Assembly: GCA_048941015.1 (NCBI GenBank)
Contig: JBHLNZ010000018.1
Location: 1 to 48,892, forward strand
Length of the DNA stretch: 48,892 nt
Source: Promethearchaeota archaeon
GTDB lineage: Archaea > Asgardarchaeota > Lokiarchaeia > Sigyniarchaeales > SOKP01
Direction: 5' to 3'
In this document: in pieces, positions 36,468-46,032 of the stretch
Layout: the number at the start of each line of letters is the position of its first letter
Position numbering within the stretch: the stretch's first letter is position 1
Position numbers and translations under genes: made by a program
Notes under the pieces: model-generated
Told to the model about the DNA's origin: nothing
The model's database searches: none
The model's input: only the letters and a program-made list of their open reading frames with translations

Positions 36468-37545
36468 TTAATAGTTTATCTTTATCAAATGGAATAAAAA
36501 TATCATCAAGTATTGAACCTGATGCATCTTTTAATCTTAAATTTCTTATAATTGGTTCAAAATTTCCTCCTAATAAGCCATTTGCTATGAAAGCGGCTCC
36601 TTGAGCAGCACGCTTAGATAAATGGCTATATGATTTCATTAATTTAACTGGAGCAACCCCTTCTAAACTTTTTATAATTTTCTGTCTTAAATAAGCCAAA
36701 TCTGCACCTCTTCCAGCTAATAGAACCTCTCTGATTTGACTCTCGTTCGAAAATGATGCACTGATCCCATATACTGCTTTTTTTACATCAGAAATGTAGG
36801 CATTTAGAGCCATATTGGTTTGTTCATCCTTTTGTGCTAATAAAAGAATTTCTCCTAAGCTTAAATCATCGTAACCAGCTATAAAGGAAACTCCTCCTTT
36901 ATAAATATTCTTTTTCTTTACATTTTTAATCAAATAGGCTAATTCGCCATCAAGACTACCACATGCTCGGAAACCCATAATATTTGAGCCACCAATTCCA
37001 TCAATTATTTGCCCGTTTTCAATTGCTAAAACTGCTGTAAATCCATAACCAATCTCAACCATAATAAAATTTGTGTGTTCTGGATTAATTTGAAAACGTT
37101 CTGTTTGATCTCTTATGCCCGTTACTGCAGTACATAACTTATCCGCGGTTCCCATATCAATTTTGTTAATTTTACGAAACCTTGGAATAGTAGGTAGATG
37201 TTTTACTCCTGGAACAATAATACCGGGTATATTTTCAGCTTTAATCAAACGTAAAACTTCACCTAATCCAACCAGCATATTTTTTTCTTGTTTATCAAAT
37301 TTTAAAAGTGTATAAAATATATCTTCTTCAGTAAGATCCTTGACTTTCTTTAATGGTAGTCCAAATCCACTAGGTGCAACCATTAAATCAATATCTTCCA
37401 CAGATTTTATTATTGAGATAGCCTTTTGTGGTTCCTTAATCAATTCTTTTGAAGGAATAGAGGTATCTAATATTATAGTTTCGTCTTCTAGACCAAAAAA
37501 GTCCCAGCTTAAAGATCCAGGATCGATTCCTATGACTCTATACAA
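36454..37545 (-). CDS. DUF1464 family protein (ASKHA/butyrate-kinase-like fold)
   Basis: GIDPG..S.D, PSGFG, PGV.HL.T.P..RK.NKIDMGTADK, G.I.DG.GG, DGE.AY, K.AA.GAA.IA.G..GG. Confidence 0.85.
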   Translation of the reverse strand: MYRVIGIDPGSLSWDFFGLEDETIILDTSIPSKELIKEPQKAISIIKSVEDIDLMVAPSGFGLPLKKVKDLTEEDIFYTLLKFDKQEKNMLVGLGEVLRLIKAENIPGIIVPGVKHLPTIPRFRKINKIDMGTADKLCTAVTGIRDQTERFQINPEHTNFIMVEIGYGFTAVLAIENGQIIDGIGGSNIMGFRACGSLDGELAYLIKNVKKKNIYKGGVSFIAGYDDLSLGEILLLAQKDEQTNMALNAYISDVKKAVYGISASFSNESQIREVLLAGRGADLAYLRQKIIKSLEGVAPVKLMKSYSHLSKRAAQGAAFIANGLLGGNFEPIIRNLRLKDASGSILDDIFIPFDKDKLLSDFD

Positions 37546-37708
37546 TAAAAATCAGATTTTTTGTAATTTGACTATTCATGAAAGTTCAATAATTTTCTTT
37601 ATATTTATTAGTTTTTAATAGTTGCTTTTCTTTTACATTGATCTTTTAAAATTCAATAAGAAAATTAATAAGGTTGAAAATTTTCTTAAAAGTAAAAAAA
37701 AATATAAG

Positions 37709-38251
37709 GTGAGAATTAAAATCACAATAGTAAATGTTTATGTTTGTAAAATTTGCGGAGAAGCCTATATTGGTGAGAAGCCTCCAAGTCGTTGTCCTTT
37801 CTGTGGTGCATATAAAAAGTATTTGATAAAAGCTGAGGATTATAGTGAAAACGGAGATTGGAATGTTGAATTAAACGAAAAAGATAAAGCAAATGCTGAA
37901 TACGCTTTAGAAGTTGAAATATCAAATACGATTTTTTATAAATGTGCAAGTAAAAAATCACCTAATATTGAAGGACAGAAATTGTTTAAAATCTTATCTA
38001 AAGTTGAAAATGAACATGCTTCTGTTTGGAAGAAAATTTTAAAACTAGATAAAATTGAATTACCAGAATATAAAGCTTGTTCTGAAGAATATAAACCAAA
38101 TCTCGAGGAATCCCACCAGAGGGAAGAAAGAGCTATAAAATTTTATCAACAAGCTGCAAAAGAATCATCAAATCCTCGTGTTAAAGAAATTTTTCAAGCA
38201 TTTGTAGAAGTAGAAACGGATCATCTACATTTATCAGAACAGAGACTATAA
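37709..38251 (+). CDS. Rubrerythrin-type protein (N-terminal rubredoxin CxxC..CPFC plus ferritin-like di-iron domain)
   Basis: YVCKICG...P..CPFCG; E..N..FY, E.EH, E..A..FY, E..H. True start is near the AGGTGA at 37707-37712, not the TTG at 37622. Confidence 0.88.
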   Translation: MRIKITIVNVYVCKICGEAYIGEKPPSRCPFCGAYKKYLIKAEDYSENGDWNVELNEKDKANAEYALEVEISNTIFYKCASKKSPNIEGQKLFKILSKVENEHASVWKKILKLDKIELPEYKACSEEYKPNLEESHQREERAIKFYQQAAKESSNPRVKEIFQAFVEVETDHLHLSEQRL

Positions 38252-38332
38252 AATCTATAAAATTGATTTTATTTTTTTATTAATTCTAATATAGTTTCAT
38301 TAAAAAAAATATTATTATGCAGGATTAAGCTA

Positions 38333-39070
38333 ATGGAACTCAATTATCATAAACTTGGATTAAAAAAAAATTATTTATATGAAGTTCTGGCTACAACTTA
38401 TAGTGTTTTTGAAGGTAATGTTATACCTAATACTGCGTGTATGGGAATTAGAATAATAAAAGATAAAGTAATTAAAATAAGACCTTATCATAATACAAAA
38501 ACTTACGAAAATATCAAAGCAAATAAGTTTATAGTACTAAATTTTGTTGAAAATGTTTATCTATATGCATTAGCGGCTCTAAAAGGGATTAAATCCAAAA
38601 TTGATTTATATATTTTTCCTGAAAATTTATACAGTTTTTTAGAAATTGATAAACAAACTGCAATCGAAAAAATTTATAATGAAAAAAAGTATTCTGAAAA
38701 AATTCTCCTTCCTTTCATTACTGAATCATGGGCGATTGTAATATGTGAAGCTTTCAAGGAAGAAGAAGGTGTAAAAGAAAATGACATTGGTAAATCTCTC
38801 TTATCAGAATTCCATTTAAATATTATTAAAATAATAAAATTCAAAGAATCGTTCAAACTGTTTAATAGAGCTGAAAATCTTGCTTTAGAATCAATTTTAT
38901 CAGCTACTCGCTTGAAAATAGCTTATAATAAAAAAGATCAACTACTATATTCAAAATATCTAGAACTTATAAAAAAAAATATTGAAAATGTAAAAAGGTT
39001 TGGAAAAAACTTAAATGCGTTAAAAGCAATAAATTTAGTTGAAAAATATATTAAGCAATTTGAAGATTAG
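38333..39070 (+). CDS. DUF447 family protein
   Basis: E...TT.....N.A.MG, T.T..N, NRA....LE.....TRL motifs. Confidence 0.8.
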   Translation: MELNYHKLGLKKNYLYEVLATTYSVFEGNVIPNTACMGIRIIKDKVIKIRPYHNTKTYENIKANKFIVLNFVENVYLYALAALKGIKSKIDLYIFPENLYSFLEIDKQTAIEKIYNEKKYSEKILLPFITESWAIVICEAFKEEEGVKENDIGKSLLSEFHLNIIKIIKFKESFKLFNRAENLALESILSATRLKIAYNKKDQLLYSKYLELIKKNIENVKRFGKNLNALKAINLVEKYIKQFED

Positions 39071-39462
39071 TCTTTTTCGGTAATATCTTCAATAAACATA
39101 AGAGGATATTTTAATTCCTCAACCCACTCTATTTTTGCTAAAATTTGAATCGATTCATACTCAACAACCAATTCTGCTCTAATAATTTTTCCAGTAATTT
39201 CATCGTATGCAAATTCAGATGATTTATCCCCGCTGATTTTCATTTTATCTATATTAATTTTAACGAATTTTACAAAAGGTTGACAAGATATAGCAGCTTC
39301 AATACCGTTTTCAATAGAATTTATAATTTTTTTTTCTGAAGAGATTGGAATTCCACATAAAATATGGTAAAGAGCTCCAAGTTTAATTCCCGTCTCAAAA
39401 CAGGCTCGTTCTCTAACACTTATCTTAGGAGAGAAATAAATATTTTCATTGAAGTTTGACAT
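39067..39462 (-). CDS. mptD: Archaeal dihydroneopterin aldolase MptD
   Basis: RERA.FE.GIKLGALYH...G.P, IE.AI..QP, L.YPLM. Confidence 0.9.
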   Translation of the reverse strand: MSNFNENIYFSPKISVRERACFETGIKLGALYHILCGIPISSEKKIINSIENGIEAAISCQPFVKFVKINIDKMKISGDKSSEFAYDEITGKIIRAELVVEYESIQILAKIEWVEELKYPLMFIEDITEKD

Positions 39463-39464
39463 AA

Positions 39465-40475
39465 TTAATCATCCAAAAAATCAATTTTTGCTCCACAATT
39501 ATTAGGTTTGCAGATATATATATGTCCTCCTATTTCTTTCAGTCGCATTTGGACTAATTTTAGTAATTTATTTGCTTCTTCATCATTTTCTGTGATTCCT
39601 AAAACACTTGGTCCAAATGATGACATACCATAAGCTTTTAATCCATATTCCTCGAAAAATCTTAATATTTGCTTCACGATTTCATGTTGGAGATCTATTT
39701 CAATTTTTTTAAAACCTATACTTTGAATTCGCATCAGACCCTGTCCAAAACACTCCAGATCATTTCTTAATAAACCAGGAATTACTTTCATTAAGATTTG
39801 ATGTGAAACTTCATTTACTTCGACTTTGGGAATAGGAGCATGACTTTGAAAAACGCTTATTTCTTCATCTCCATAAGCTCCTTTCTTTACGTTTGGAATG
39901 ACAAGAACAAAACGCCAATTTTCGGGAATAGGATATCTTATGATTGTAAGCGCGGGATCTGCAGATTTAGAAGCAGATGACGGTAAAAAAGTTTCTTTCT
40001 CTTTTCCTTTTCCAAAATCATGTCCTCCATCAAGAATGAAACCTCCATTTTCAAATCCACGCCATCCAATACCAGAGGTTCCACCTCGCTCTACAAGTTT
40101 AGTTAATTCTAAAATAGAAATATTATTAATATTCCTCAATTTTGTAATAGCTTTTGCTATAGCTAAAGATAATTGCGTTTTTGAGCCAAGCCCTACATGA
40201 CTAGGATAATATCTTCTAAGATAAAAATGAAAATTTTTATTACTGATATTGAACGCTTTAAAGATCTTTGATGCTTGCTCATTTATTACTTCAATAGATT
40301 CTCTATAATATTTATGGGCTTCAATTTTGAATTCTTTTGCATGATTAGATGCTTCAAAAATTACATTGGGACGGTCTAACATTAAACCAATCCCTCCATC
40401 TACTCTGCCGGTGTATCCATTTTCATCAATTAAAGAAAGATGGATGCGACACGGAGTTGTTATCCTTATCTTCAT
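39465..40475 (-). CDS. mptG: Beta-ribofuranosylaminobenzene 5'-phosphate synthase (GHMP family)
   Basis: TP.R.H..LID.NG..GR..GG.G, P.HVGLGS.TQL.L, RG.TSGIG...F..GGFI.DGG, G.SS.GP. Confidence 0.92.
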   Translation of the reverse strand: MKIRITTPCRIHLSLIDENGYTGRVDGGIGLMLDRPNVIFEASNHAKEFKIEAHKYYRESIEVINEQASKIFKAFNISNKNFHFYLRRYYPSHVGLGSKTQLSLAIAKAITKLRNINNISILELTKLVERGGTSGIGWRGFENGGFILDGGHDFGKGKEKETFLPSSASKSADPALTIIRYPIPENWRFVLVIPNVKKGAYGDEEISVFQSHAPIPKVEVNEVSHQILMKVIPGLLRNDLECFGQGLMRIQSIGFKKIEIDLQHEIVKQILRFFEEYGLKAYGMSSFGPSVLGITENDEEANKLLKLVQMRLKEIGGHIYICKPNNCGAKIDFLDD

Positions 40476-40587
40476 TATAACGGGAAATGTAAAATTTTAA
40501 AGCTAAGATAATGAATTTATAAAATAATTTAAATTTGTTATAATATCAGAATTTTTTCATTGAATAACATTTTAAATTAATATTAGA

Positions 40588-40616
40588 AATTATGTGAACT
40601 ATATGTGCACATAATT
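40588..40616. promoter_or_regulatory. 12-bp inverted repeat (11/12 match) with 5-bp spacer in the mptG / response-regulator divergent region
   Basis: AATTATGTGAAC-TATAT-GTGCACATAATT. Confidence 0.5.
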
Positions 40617-40740
40617 GTCTTTTTTTTAGAATTTAAATAAAAGATATTTATATTAGCTTTTCTTATTTTAATTTTAATTGGGTTGTTGAGATATAAGTTT
40701 TAATTATTTTAAACAGTAATACCTCACTCATGGTGAAAAT

Positions 40741-41127
40741 ATTATAAAAAATGTATTTATTGTTGAAGATGATCATTCTTTAAGGCTACTTTATGAAAAA
40801 GCTCTCACTTTAAATGGATATAATGTTTTGGGATCAGCAAAGGATGGTCATGAAGCTGTAAATATGTATAATAATTTCAAAAACAAACCAGATGTTATTT
40901 TAATGGATCATAGAATGCCCATTAAAAATGGAATTGAAGCTAGTAAAGAAATATTAAGCAATTCTACTAATTATAAACCAAAAATTATATTTGTAAGCGC
41001 AGATAAAACGGTTAGGGAATTAGCACTCTCTATTGGCATATTTAGTTTTAAAGATAAGCCTTTTTCTCTTGAAAGATTATTTAAAAATATTGACAAAGCA
41101 ATAAGTTTAAGGGAAGTATCTCATTAA
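40741..41127 (+). CDS. Single-domain response regulator (CheY-like receiver)
   Basis: In-frame IIKNVFIVEDD upstream of the track start; PDVILMD..MP..NG, VSA, KPF. Start ATT 40741 or ATA 40744 after SD GGTGA. Confidence 0.9.
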   Translation: MIKNVFIVEDDHSLRLLYEKALTLNGYNVLGSAKDGHEAVNMYNNFKNKPDVILMDHRMPIKNGIEASKEILSNSTNYKPKIIFVSADKTVRELALSIGIFSFKDKPFSLERLFKNIDKAISLREVSH

Positions 41128-41217
41128 GAACCTTTAATCTTATGATTAAGATTAGATTTTTTTCTAAATCAAATCTAAATTGGTTAAAATTAATAATAGA
41201 AGGTTAGGTGAGTTTTA

Positions 41218-42612
41218 TTGAGTGATTTAGAAGGTTTAACAAGAAGACTCTTAAAAAAAGGATTTTCTGATGAAAATATAATTATGCGACTAATTACCGA
41301 GTATTTAGACTTTAAAGAGATAGAGAGAGATGTCGCTCTTAAATATGCTCAAGCTATTTTAGAAGAATGCAAAAAAAGTGATATTGAAAATGTTTCTAAT
41401 CCATTTGTTAAAAATTTATTAGATTTTAATAAATCGAATATAACCGTTGGGAAACAAGGTGTTGGGTGCCGAGGGATTGGGGACTTTTTTGTTCATAAAT
41501 TAATCGCAAATTTATCAGAGACAGAATCTAAAGCATATTTAGCACCTAGCTCATTAGATGACGCGGGAGCCGTTCGTTTAAAAGATATAGCTTGGCTAAA
41601 ACATCACGGTTATGGTGAAGATTTAATAATTGTATCAAAAATGGAGGGAATACATTCAAGATTAAGCGATTTTCCCTTTATTTGTGGATTTCATGTGACA
41701 AGAGCTGCGTTAAGAGATCTATATGTAAAGGGAGCCAAGCCAATTTCGATTATGATAGATGCTCATCTTGGAGATGATGCTGACGTAGGAAAATTATTTG
41801 ATTTTATGGCAGGAGTGTCTACTATATCAGAGTTAGCTGGAGTTCCTATTACAGCAGGTTCCACACTAAGAATTGGAGGTGATATGGTAATAGGAGACAG
41901 ATTTGTGGGTGGGATTGGAGCAATAGGAATTACTAAGAAAGTTTTAGCTAGAAGGAACATAGAGCCGGGAGATAAAATTTTAATGACGGAAGGTGCTGGG
42001 GGAGGTACTATAACCACAACCGCAATTTATTCTGGAAATCATGATATTGTCGAACAAACACTTAATATTAAATTTCTAGAAGCATGCGAAATCATTCTCT
42101 CCTCGGAATATATCGATCAAATCCATGCTATGTGTGATGTAACAAACGGAGGTCTTAGAGGGGATTTATATGAAATTAATTATGAAGCTAAGTGTGGAGT
42201 AACCATTTTTGAAAATGAAATCAGAAAACTTGTTAATCCAAAAGTTCTTAAGTTGTTAAATAAAGCAGGTGTAGATTATCTTGGAGTATCATTAGATGCT
42301 CTTTTAATATATTGTCCAGAAAAAATTACTCCTATAATAATTAAGAATCTTAAAAAACATAATATCCTATGCGCTGAAATAGGATATGTTAATAGTTCAA
42401 AACAAATTACGATGATTTATGAAGAGAATCAAAAGGAAGACATTTTACCACGTTTTCGAGAATCTGCTTATACCAAAATTAAGCAAGCAATAGGAGAAGA
42501 GACTCCTGAAAACAAAGAATCAATGGAAAAAATTGTAATGAAAACAGCAGAAATGGCTTTGGAAAAAAGGACAAAAGTAATTGATTTTGTTAAAGGACGA
42601 TCAAATATCTAG
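41218..42612 (+). CDS. AIR synthase-related (PurM/HypE/ThiL-like) protein, archaeal family
   Basis: GVGCRG.GDF..H, DDAG, G.HSRLS.FP, A.LRD..V.G, GSTLRIGGD, D.TNGG.RGD. Confidence 0.85.
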   Translation: MSDLEGLTRRLLKKGFSDENIIMRLITEYLDFKEIERDVALKYAQAILEECKKSDIENVSNPFVKNLLDFNKSNITVGKQGVGCRGIGDFFVHKLIANLSETESKAYLAPSSLDDAGAVRLKDIAWLKHHGYGEDLIIVSKMEGIHSRLSDFPFICGFHVTRAALRDLYVKGAKPISIMIDAHLGDDADVGKLFDFMAGVSTISELAGVPITAGSTLRIGGDMVIGDRFVGGIGAIGITKKVLARRNIEPGDKILMTEGAGGGTITTTAIYSGNHDIVEQTLNIKFLEACEIILSSEYIDQIHAMCDVTNGGLRGDLYEINYEAKCGVTIFENEIRKLVNPKVLKLLNKAGVDYLGVSLDALLIYCPEKITPIIIKNLKKHNILCAEIGYVNSSKQITMIYEENQKEDILPRFRESAYTKIKQAIGEETPENKESMEKIVMKTAEMALEKRTKVIDFVKGRSNI

Positions 42613-43422
42613 GATTTCATTCATTGAGCCAGATCTAAAACCTTCTAAGTCAATAGTGATATAACAGAAACCTAAGTCCTTGAATTTATCTTTAATTATC
42701 TGTAAATTCTTAGCATTTAAAATTTTTAACATTTCATTTTGTAAAAGTTCAATACGAGCTAATTTTTCATCGTGGTATCTTACTCGCAATTGAGTTAGCG
42801 GAAAATTATCTTTTAAGAATTTTTCTGCTTCTTTTATCATTTTTAGTTTTTCTTCATCAATTATTTGATTATAGGGAATTCTAGATGAAAAACATGCCAT
42901 GGAAGGCTTTGATTTAACATCTAATTTATAAAAATCTGAAATTTCTCTTATTTCTTGTTTTGTAATCTTATAGTCTATATAAGGTGTCGAGATATCTAAT
43001 TCTTTTAATGCCTGCATTCCAGGTCTATAATCGGAAAGATCATCTAAGTTTGATCCATCAAGGATAATATCAAAATTCTTTTTATTTTTAATTTTAGTAA
43101 TATCTGAATATAAACCGGTTTTGCAGATATAACATCTGTTTAGAGGATTTTTTTTAAATTGTTCATCTTCAAGAGGATTTCTTTCAATAATAACATGAGA
43201 TATATCATAATATTTTGCAAATTCAATTGCTTCTTTAATTTCTTCATCAGGATAAAGAATTGATTTTTCAGTTACAAGAAGAGTTTCATCTGAGAACTTT
43301 TTCGAAAGAAATGCTAATAGACTGCTATCAACCCCACCTGAGAATGCGACTATTACTTTTTTATTCATTAAAAAAGAACTAAGATTTTGGAGTTTCTGCT
43401 TTAATTGTTTTGATAAATCCAT
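42601..43422 (-). CDS. larE: ATP-dependent sacrificial sulfur transferase LarE
   Basis: AFSGGVDS, N...RCY.CK, DG.N.DD..DYRPG, KPS.AC.SSRIPY, RVR.H...ARIE, DL.GFRSGSMN. Confidence 0.93.
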   Translation of the reverse strand: MDLSKQLKQKLQNLSSFLMNKKVIVAFSGGVDSSLLAFLSKKFSDETLLVTEKSILYPDEEIKEAIEFAKYYDISHVIIERNPLEDEQFKKNPLNRCYICKTGLYSDITKIKNKKNFDIILDGSNLDDLSDYRPGMQALKELDISTPYIDYKITKQEIREISDFYKLDVKSKPSMACFSSRIPYNQIIDEEKLKMIKEAEKFLKDNFPLTQLRVRYHDEKLARIELLQNEMLKILNAKNLQIIKDKFKDLGFCYITIDLEGFRSGSMNEILDI

Positions 43423-43513
43423 TGCTATTCTAAAGACTAATAAAATGAAAAAGATAATAAATCTTTATTTTAAGAAATATAAAAAATACAAATGTTTATA
43501 TATAATGGATATA

Positions 43514-43548
43514 ATACTATTCATAGTATAGTATCTAATAAATACTAT
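43514..43548. promoter_or_regulatory. Clustered ATACTAT/ATAGTAT half-sites upstream of padR, candidate autoregulatory operator
   Basis: ATACTAT (43514) TC ATAGTAT (43523), overlapping ATAGTAT (43528), ATACTAT (43542). Confidence 0.45.
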
Positions 43549-43648
43549 TTTATTCAAAAAATCGAAATTATTATACAAAAAGGCTATATATGAACATTTT
43601 TAATATAAAAAAAAAACAAAAAATATTTAAAAAATGGAGTTGAAGTAG

Positions 43649-44167
43649 ATGATAAAACGAGTAAAAGGATTGGATCCACAATTTCAAGATTATGCATCCA
43701 AAATTGAGTCTGAAATAAATCGAGGACTTTCAACACTATGCATCTTATCGATTATTAATCAATATGGTGAGGATGGAGTACATGGATATCAAATATCGAA
43801 GGATTTATTGGATCGAACAAATGAAATGCTAGTTATCGAAGAAGGTACATTATATCCAATACTGCGAAAACTTCAAGATGAAGGTATCATTAAATCAGAA
43901 CGAGAAAAAGAAGGTAGAAGAAGAAAGTATTATTTTATGACTGATTATGGTATAAAACTATTCAATTACCTATCTGGCTTTTACTCTAAATTAAGTGAAG
44001 CGATTGCATCGCTATTTGATGTGAATGTCCATTTAAAACAAGATCGATATTTATATTGTCCAATGTGCGCAAATAAGATTGAACTAACAAATTTAGAATT
44101 GCGCTATTGTGATGTATGTGGACATAACATCGAAAAAGAATTACATGAAAGGGGTTTAGTAAAATGA
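43649..44167 (+). CDS. PadR family transcriptional regulator with C-terminal zinc ribbon
   Basis: HGYQI, EGTLYP.LRKL...G.I, R.RKYY..T..G; CPMC...CDVCG. Confidence 0.92.
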   Translation: MIKRVKGLDPQFQDYASKIESEINRGLSTLCILSIINQYGEDGVHGYQISKDLLDRTNEMLVIEEGTLYPILRKLQDEGIIKSEREKEGRRRKYYFMTDYGIKLFNYLSGFYSKLSEAIASLFDVNVHLKQDRYLYCPMCANKIELTNLELRYCDVCGHNIEKELHERGLVK

Positions 44168-45174
44168 GTGAAAAAATAATGGAAGAATCTGTAAAAGAAT
44201 TTATTAAGGATGTGAAAAAAGCACTTCCTGATTGGCTAAAAGATAAAAAAGAACATAAAGATATCTTAGCCGATCTCGAGGAACATATTTGGGCAAAAGC
44301 AGAGGAATTATCTGAAACAGGACAGGCAACACAAGAAAGTGTTCGTAAAGCAATTTCCCATATGGGAACTCCTGAAAGTATAGCAAAAGAATATAAAAAG
44401 AGAGGTACCCCCAAAGTATATATAACTCAGGAAATGTGGCCACTTTATATTAAAGTAATTAGTATTGTCTTCACAATTGTCATAGCACTTACCATTCTTG
44501 CACAAGTAGTTACTGCAGTTTTTGAAGGCTTTAATTTAGGTAATTTCATCGCAGGTTTAGTAGAGGGTATTCAACTTGGGTTGCTGTTCTCTTTTACAAT
44601 AATAACAATCATCTTTGTTGTTCTTTCGATGGAGGGATATTTCCCTGAGGATTTTAAATCAAAAAAGCAACTCAAAAAAGAAAAGCTAGCTGTTGAGGGT
44701 GTAATACCAATAAAACCCTTCATAAAACCTGTTGGTGAGATAATTGGTGGTGGTATACAAATAATAGTTGGTGTGGTTTTTATAATCCAACCATTTCCTG
44801 TGACATTATTGAATCCAAACTTTCTATTTTTACTTAGAATTTTTGGTTTGTTTATAATCGGAGAAGGTACCTTGGACATGACAAGGGGAATTATTGGTAA
44901 TCGCCAACCAGGAACTCATCAAGTAATACACCTTATAACATTATTTATAAAAGCAATTTCAATACCATTTGTCATTGTCCTAATGAACCATCCAGAAATA
45001 ATTCCATGGTTGCAGTATGATAATGTAACTGACACTTTTATCAACATAGGAATGTCACCTGAATTCTATGATGCTTTTAGATGGGGAATGATAGCGATTA
45101 TTGTTATTTTAATCCTAACTGGTATTGAAGATCTCTATAGAGTCTTTAAAATTGAAAGATATAGAACCAAATAA
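44164..45174 (+). CDS. PadR-associated membrane protein with N-terminal HAAS-like helical domain
   Basis: DL.EHI...AEE......AI..MGTP..IA..Y, then about 6 TM segments; ATGA overlap with padR. Confidence 0.82.
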   Translation: MSEKIMEESVKEFIKDVKKALPDWLKDKKEHKDILADLEEHIWAKAEELSETGQATQESVRKAISHMGTPESIAKEYKKRGTPKVYITQEMWPLYIKVISIVFTIVIALTILAQVVTAVFEGFNLGNFIAGLVEGIQLGLLFSFTIITIIFVVLSMEGYFPEDFKSKKQLKKEKLAVEGVIPIKPFIKPVGEIIGGGIQIIVGVVFIIQPFPVTLLNPNFLFLLRIFGLFIIGEGTLDMTRGIIGNRQPGTHQVIHLITLFIKAISIPFVIVLMNHPEIIPWLQYDNVTDTFINIGMSPEFYDAFRWGMIAIIVILILTGIEDLYRVFKIERYRTK

Positions 45175-45239
45175 TTTTTTAACTTTTTTTTTATTTTTTG
45201 AAATAAATATTTATTTAGATTTTTAGAAGATAATTTTGA

Positions 45240-45971
45240 TTAATACTCTTTTATAATTTTTTTAAACATAATTAGAGCGCCTGGAATTAGCCATAGAAAA
45301 GCTGCAAATAACATCATCCATTCGAAAAAAGGGCGAGTATATAAGGGGGGAAATATAAATAAAAAACCCGCAGTAAACGGTCCAATCATCATATATAAAC
45401 CCATTAGCTTTGGAAATATCGTTTTTTTCAATAATATTACCACTCCGTTAAATAAAGCTGCAAATGTTAAACCAGAAAATACAACAATAGAAAATAGGAA
45501 ATGTAAACCTAATTCAGTAGTTCTGTCTTCACTAAATAACCCTATACCAAACAATCCAATAACAGTGAAAAGGAGTGCAATGAAACCAAAAAAACCGAAT
45601 ATAATAATTATTAAATGATAGATTTTTCTACTCAAAGCTTGATTCTGATTTAACAAAAGTGGAACTTCTTTCGAAAGTATTTCTTTAGATAAGTAAAAAA
45701 AGATAGGAATTAATAATACTGCAGTTACCATTGCTATAATATCCAAAATGAACGGTACGGGAGTATACCGAAATGAACCAAGATCACTGATATAATTGTC
45801 CCATATATTATAACTTTCAGGACCAAACACATAAGCTATTATTACTCCTATTAATAAACCTGTCAAAAAAATTGAATTAGTCAATATTATACATATTTTT
45901 ACTAATTTTGGATTTGATATTTTGTTATAAAGTAATTTAAAATCCTGAAAGATTTGTTTATTTTCTCGCAT
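45240..45971 (-). CDS. DUF998-like polytopic membrane protein
   Basis: Y....NYISDLG, G.G.F.ED....H, EW motifs; 6 TM. Confidence 0.75.
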   Translation of the reverse strand: MRENKQIFQDFKLLYNKISNPKLVKICIILTNSIFLTGLLIGVIIAYVFGPESYNIWDNYISDLGSFRYTPVPFILDIIAMVTAVLLIPIFFYLSKEILSKEVPLLLNQNQALSRKIYHLIIIIFGFFGFIALLFTVIGLFGIGLFSEDRTTELGLHFLFSIVVFSGLTFAALFNGVVILLKKTIFPKLMGLYMMIGPFTAGFLFIFPPLYTRPFFEWMMLFAAFLWLIPGALIMFKKIIKEY

Positions 45972-46032
45972 ATAAATTTGAGATATATAATTAGATAAAT
46001 ATTAATAAAAAAAAGAAAAATAGAATAAAAAT

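Noticed and set aside
37622-37708. N-terminal extension of rubrerythrin (and similarly 1078-1167 for the ferredoxin)
   Set aside because: AT-rich promoter-like sequence upstream of the better-supported start; likely untranslated.
41218-42612. Selenophosphate synthetase SelD or ThiL assignment
   Set aside because: Lacks the N-terminal (U/C)xxK SelD motif and ThiL signature; left as AIR-synthase-related.
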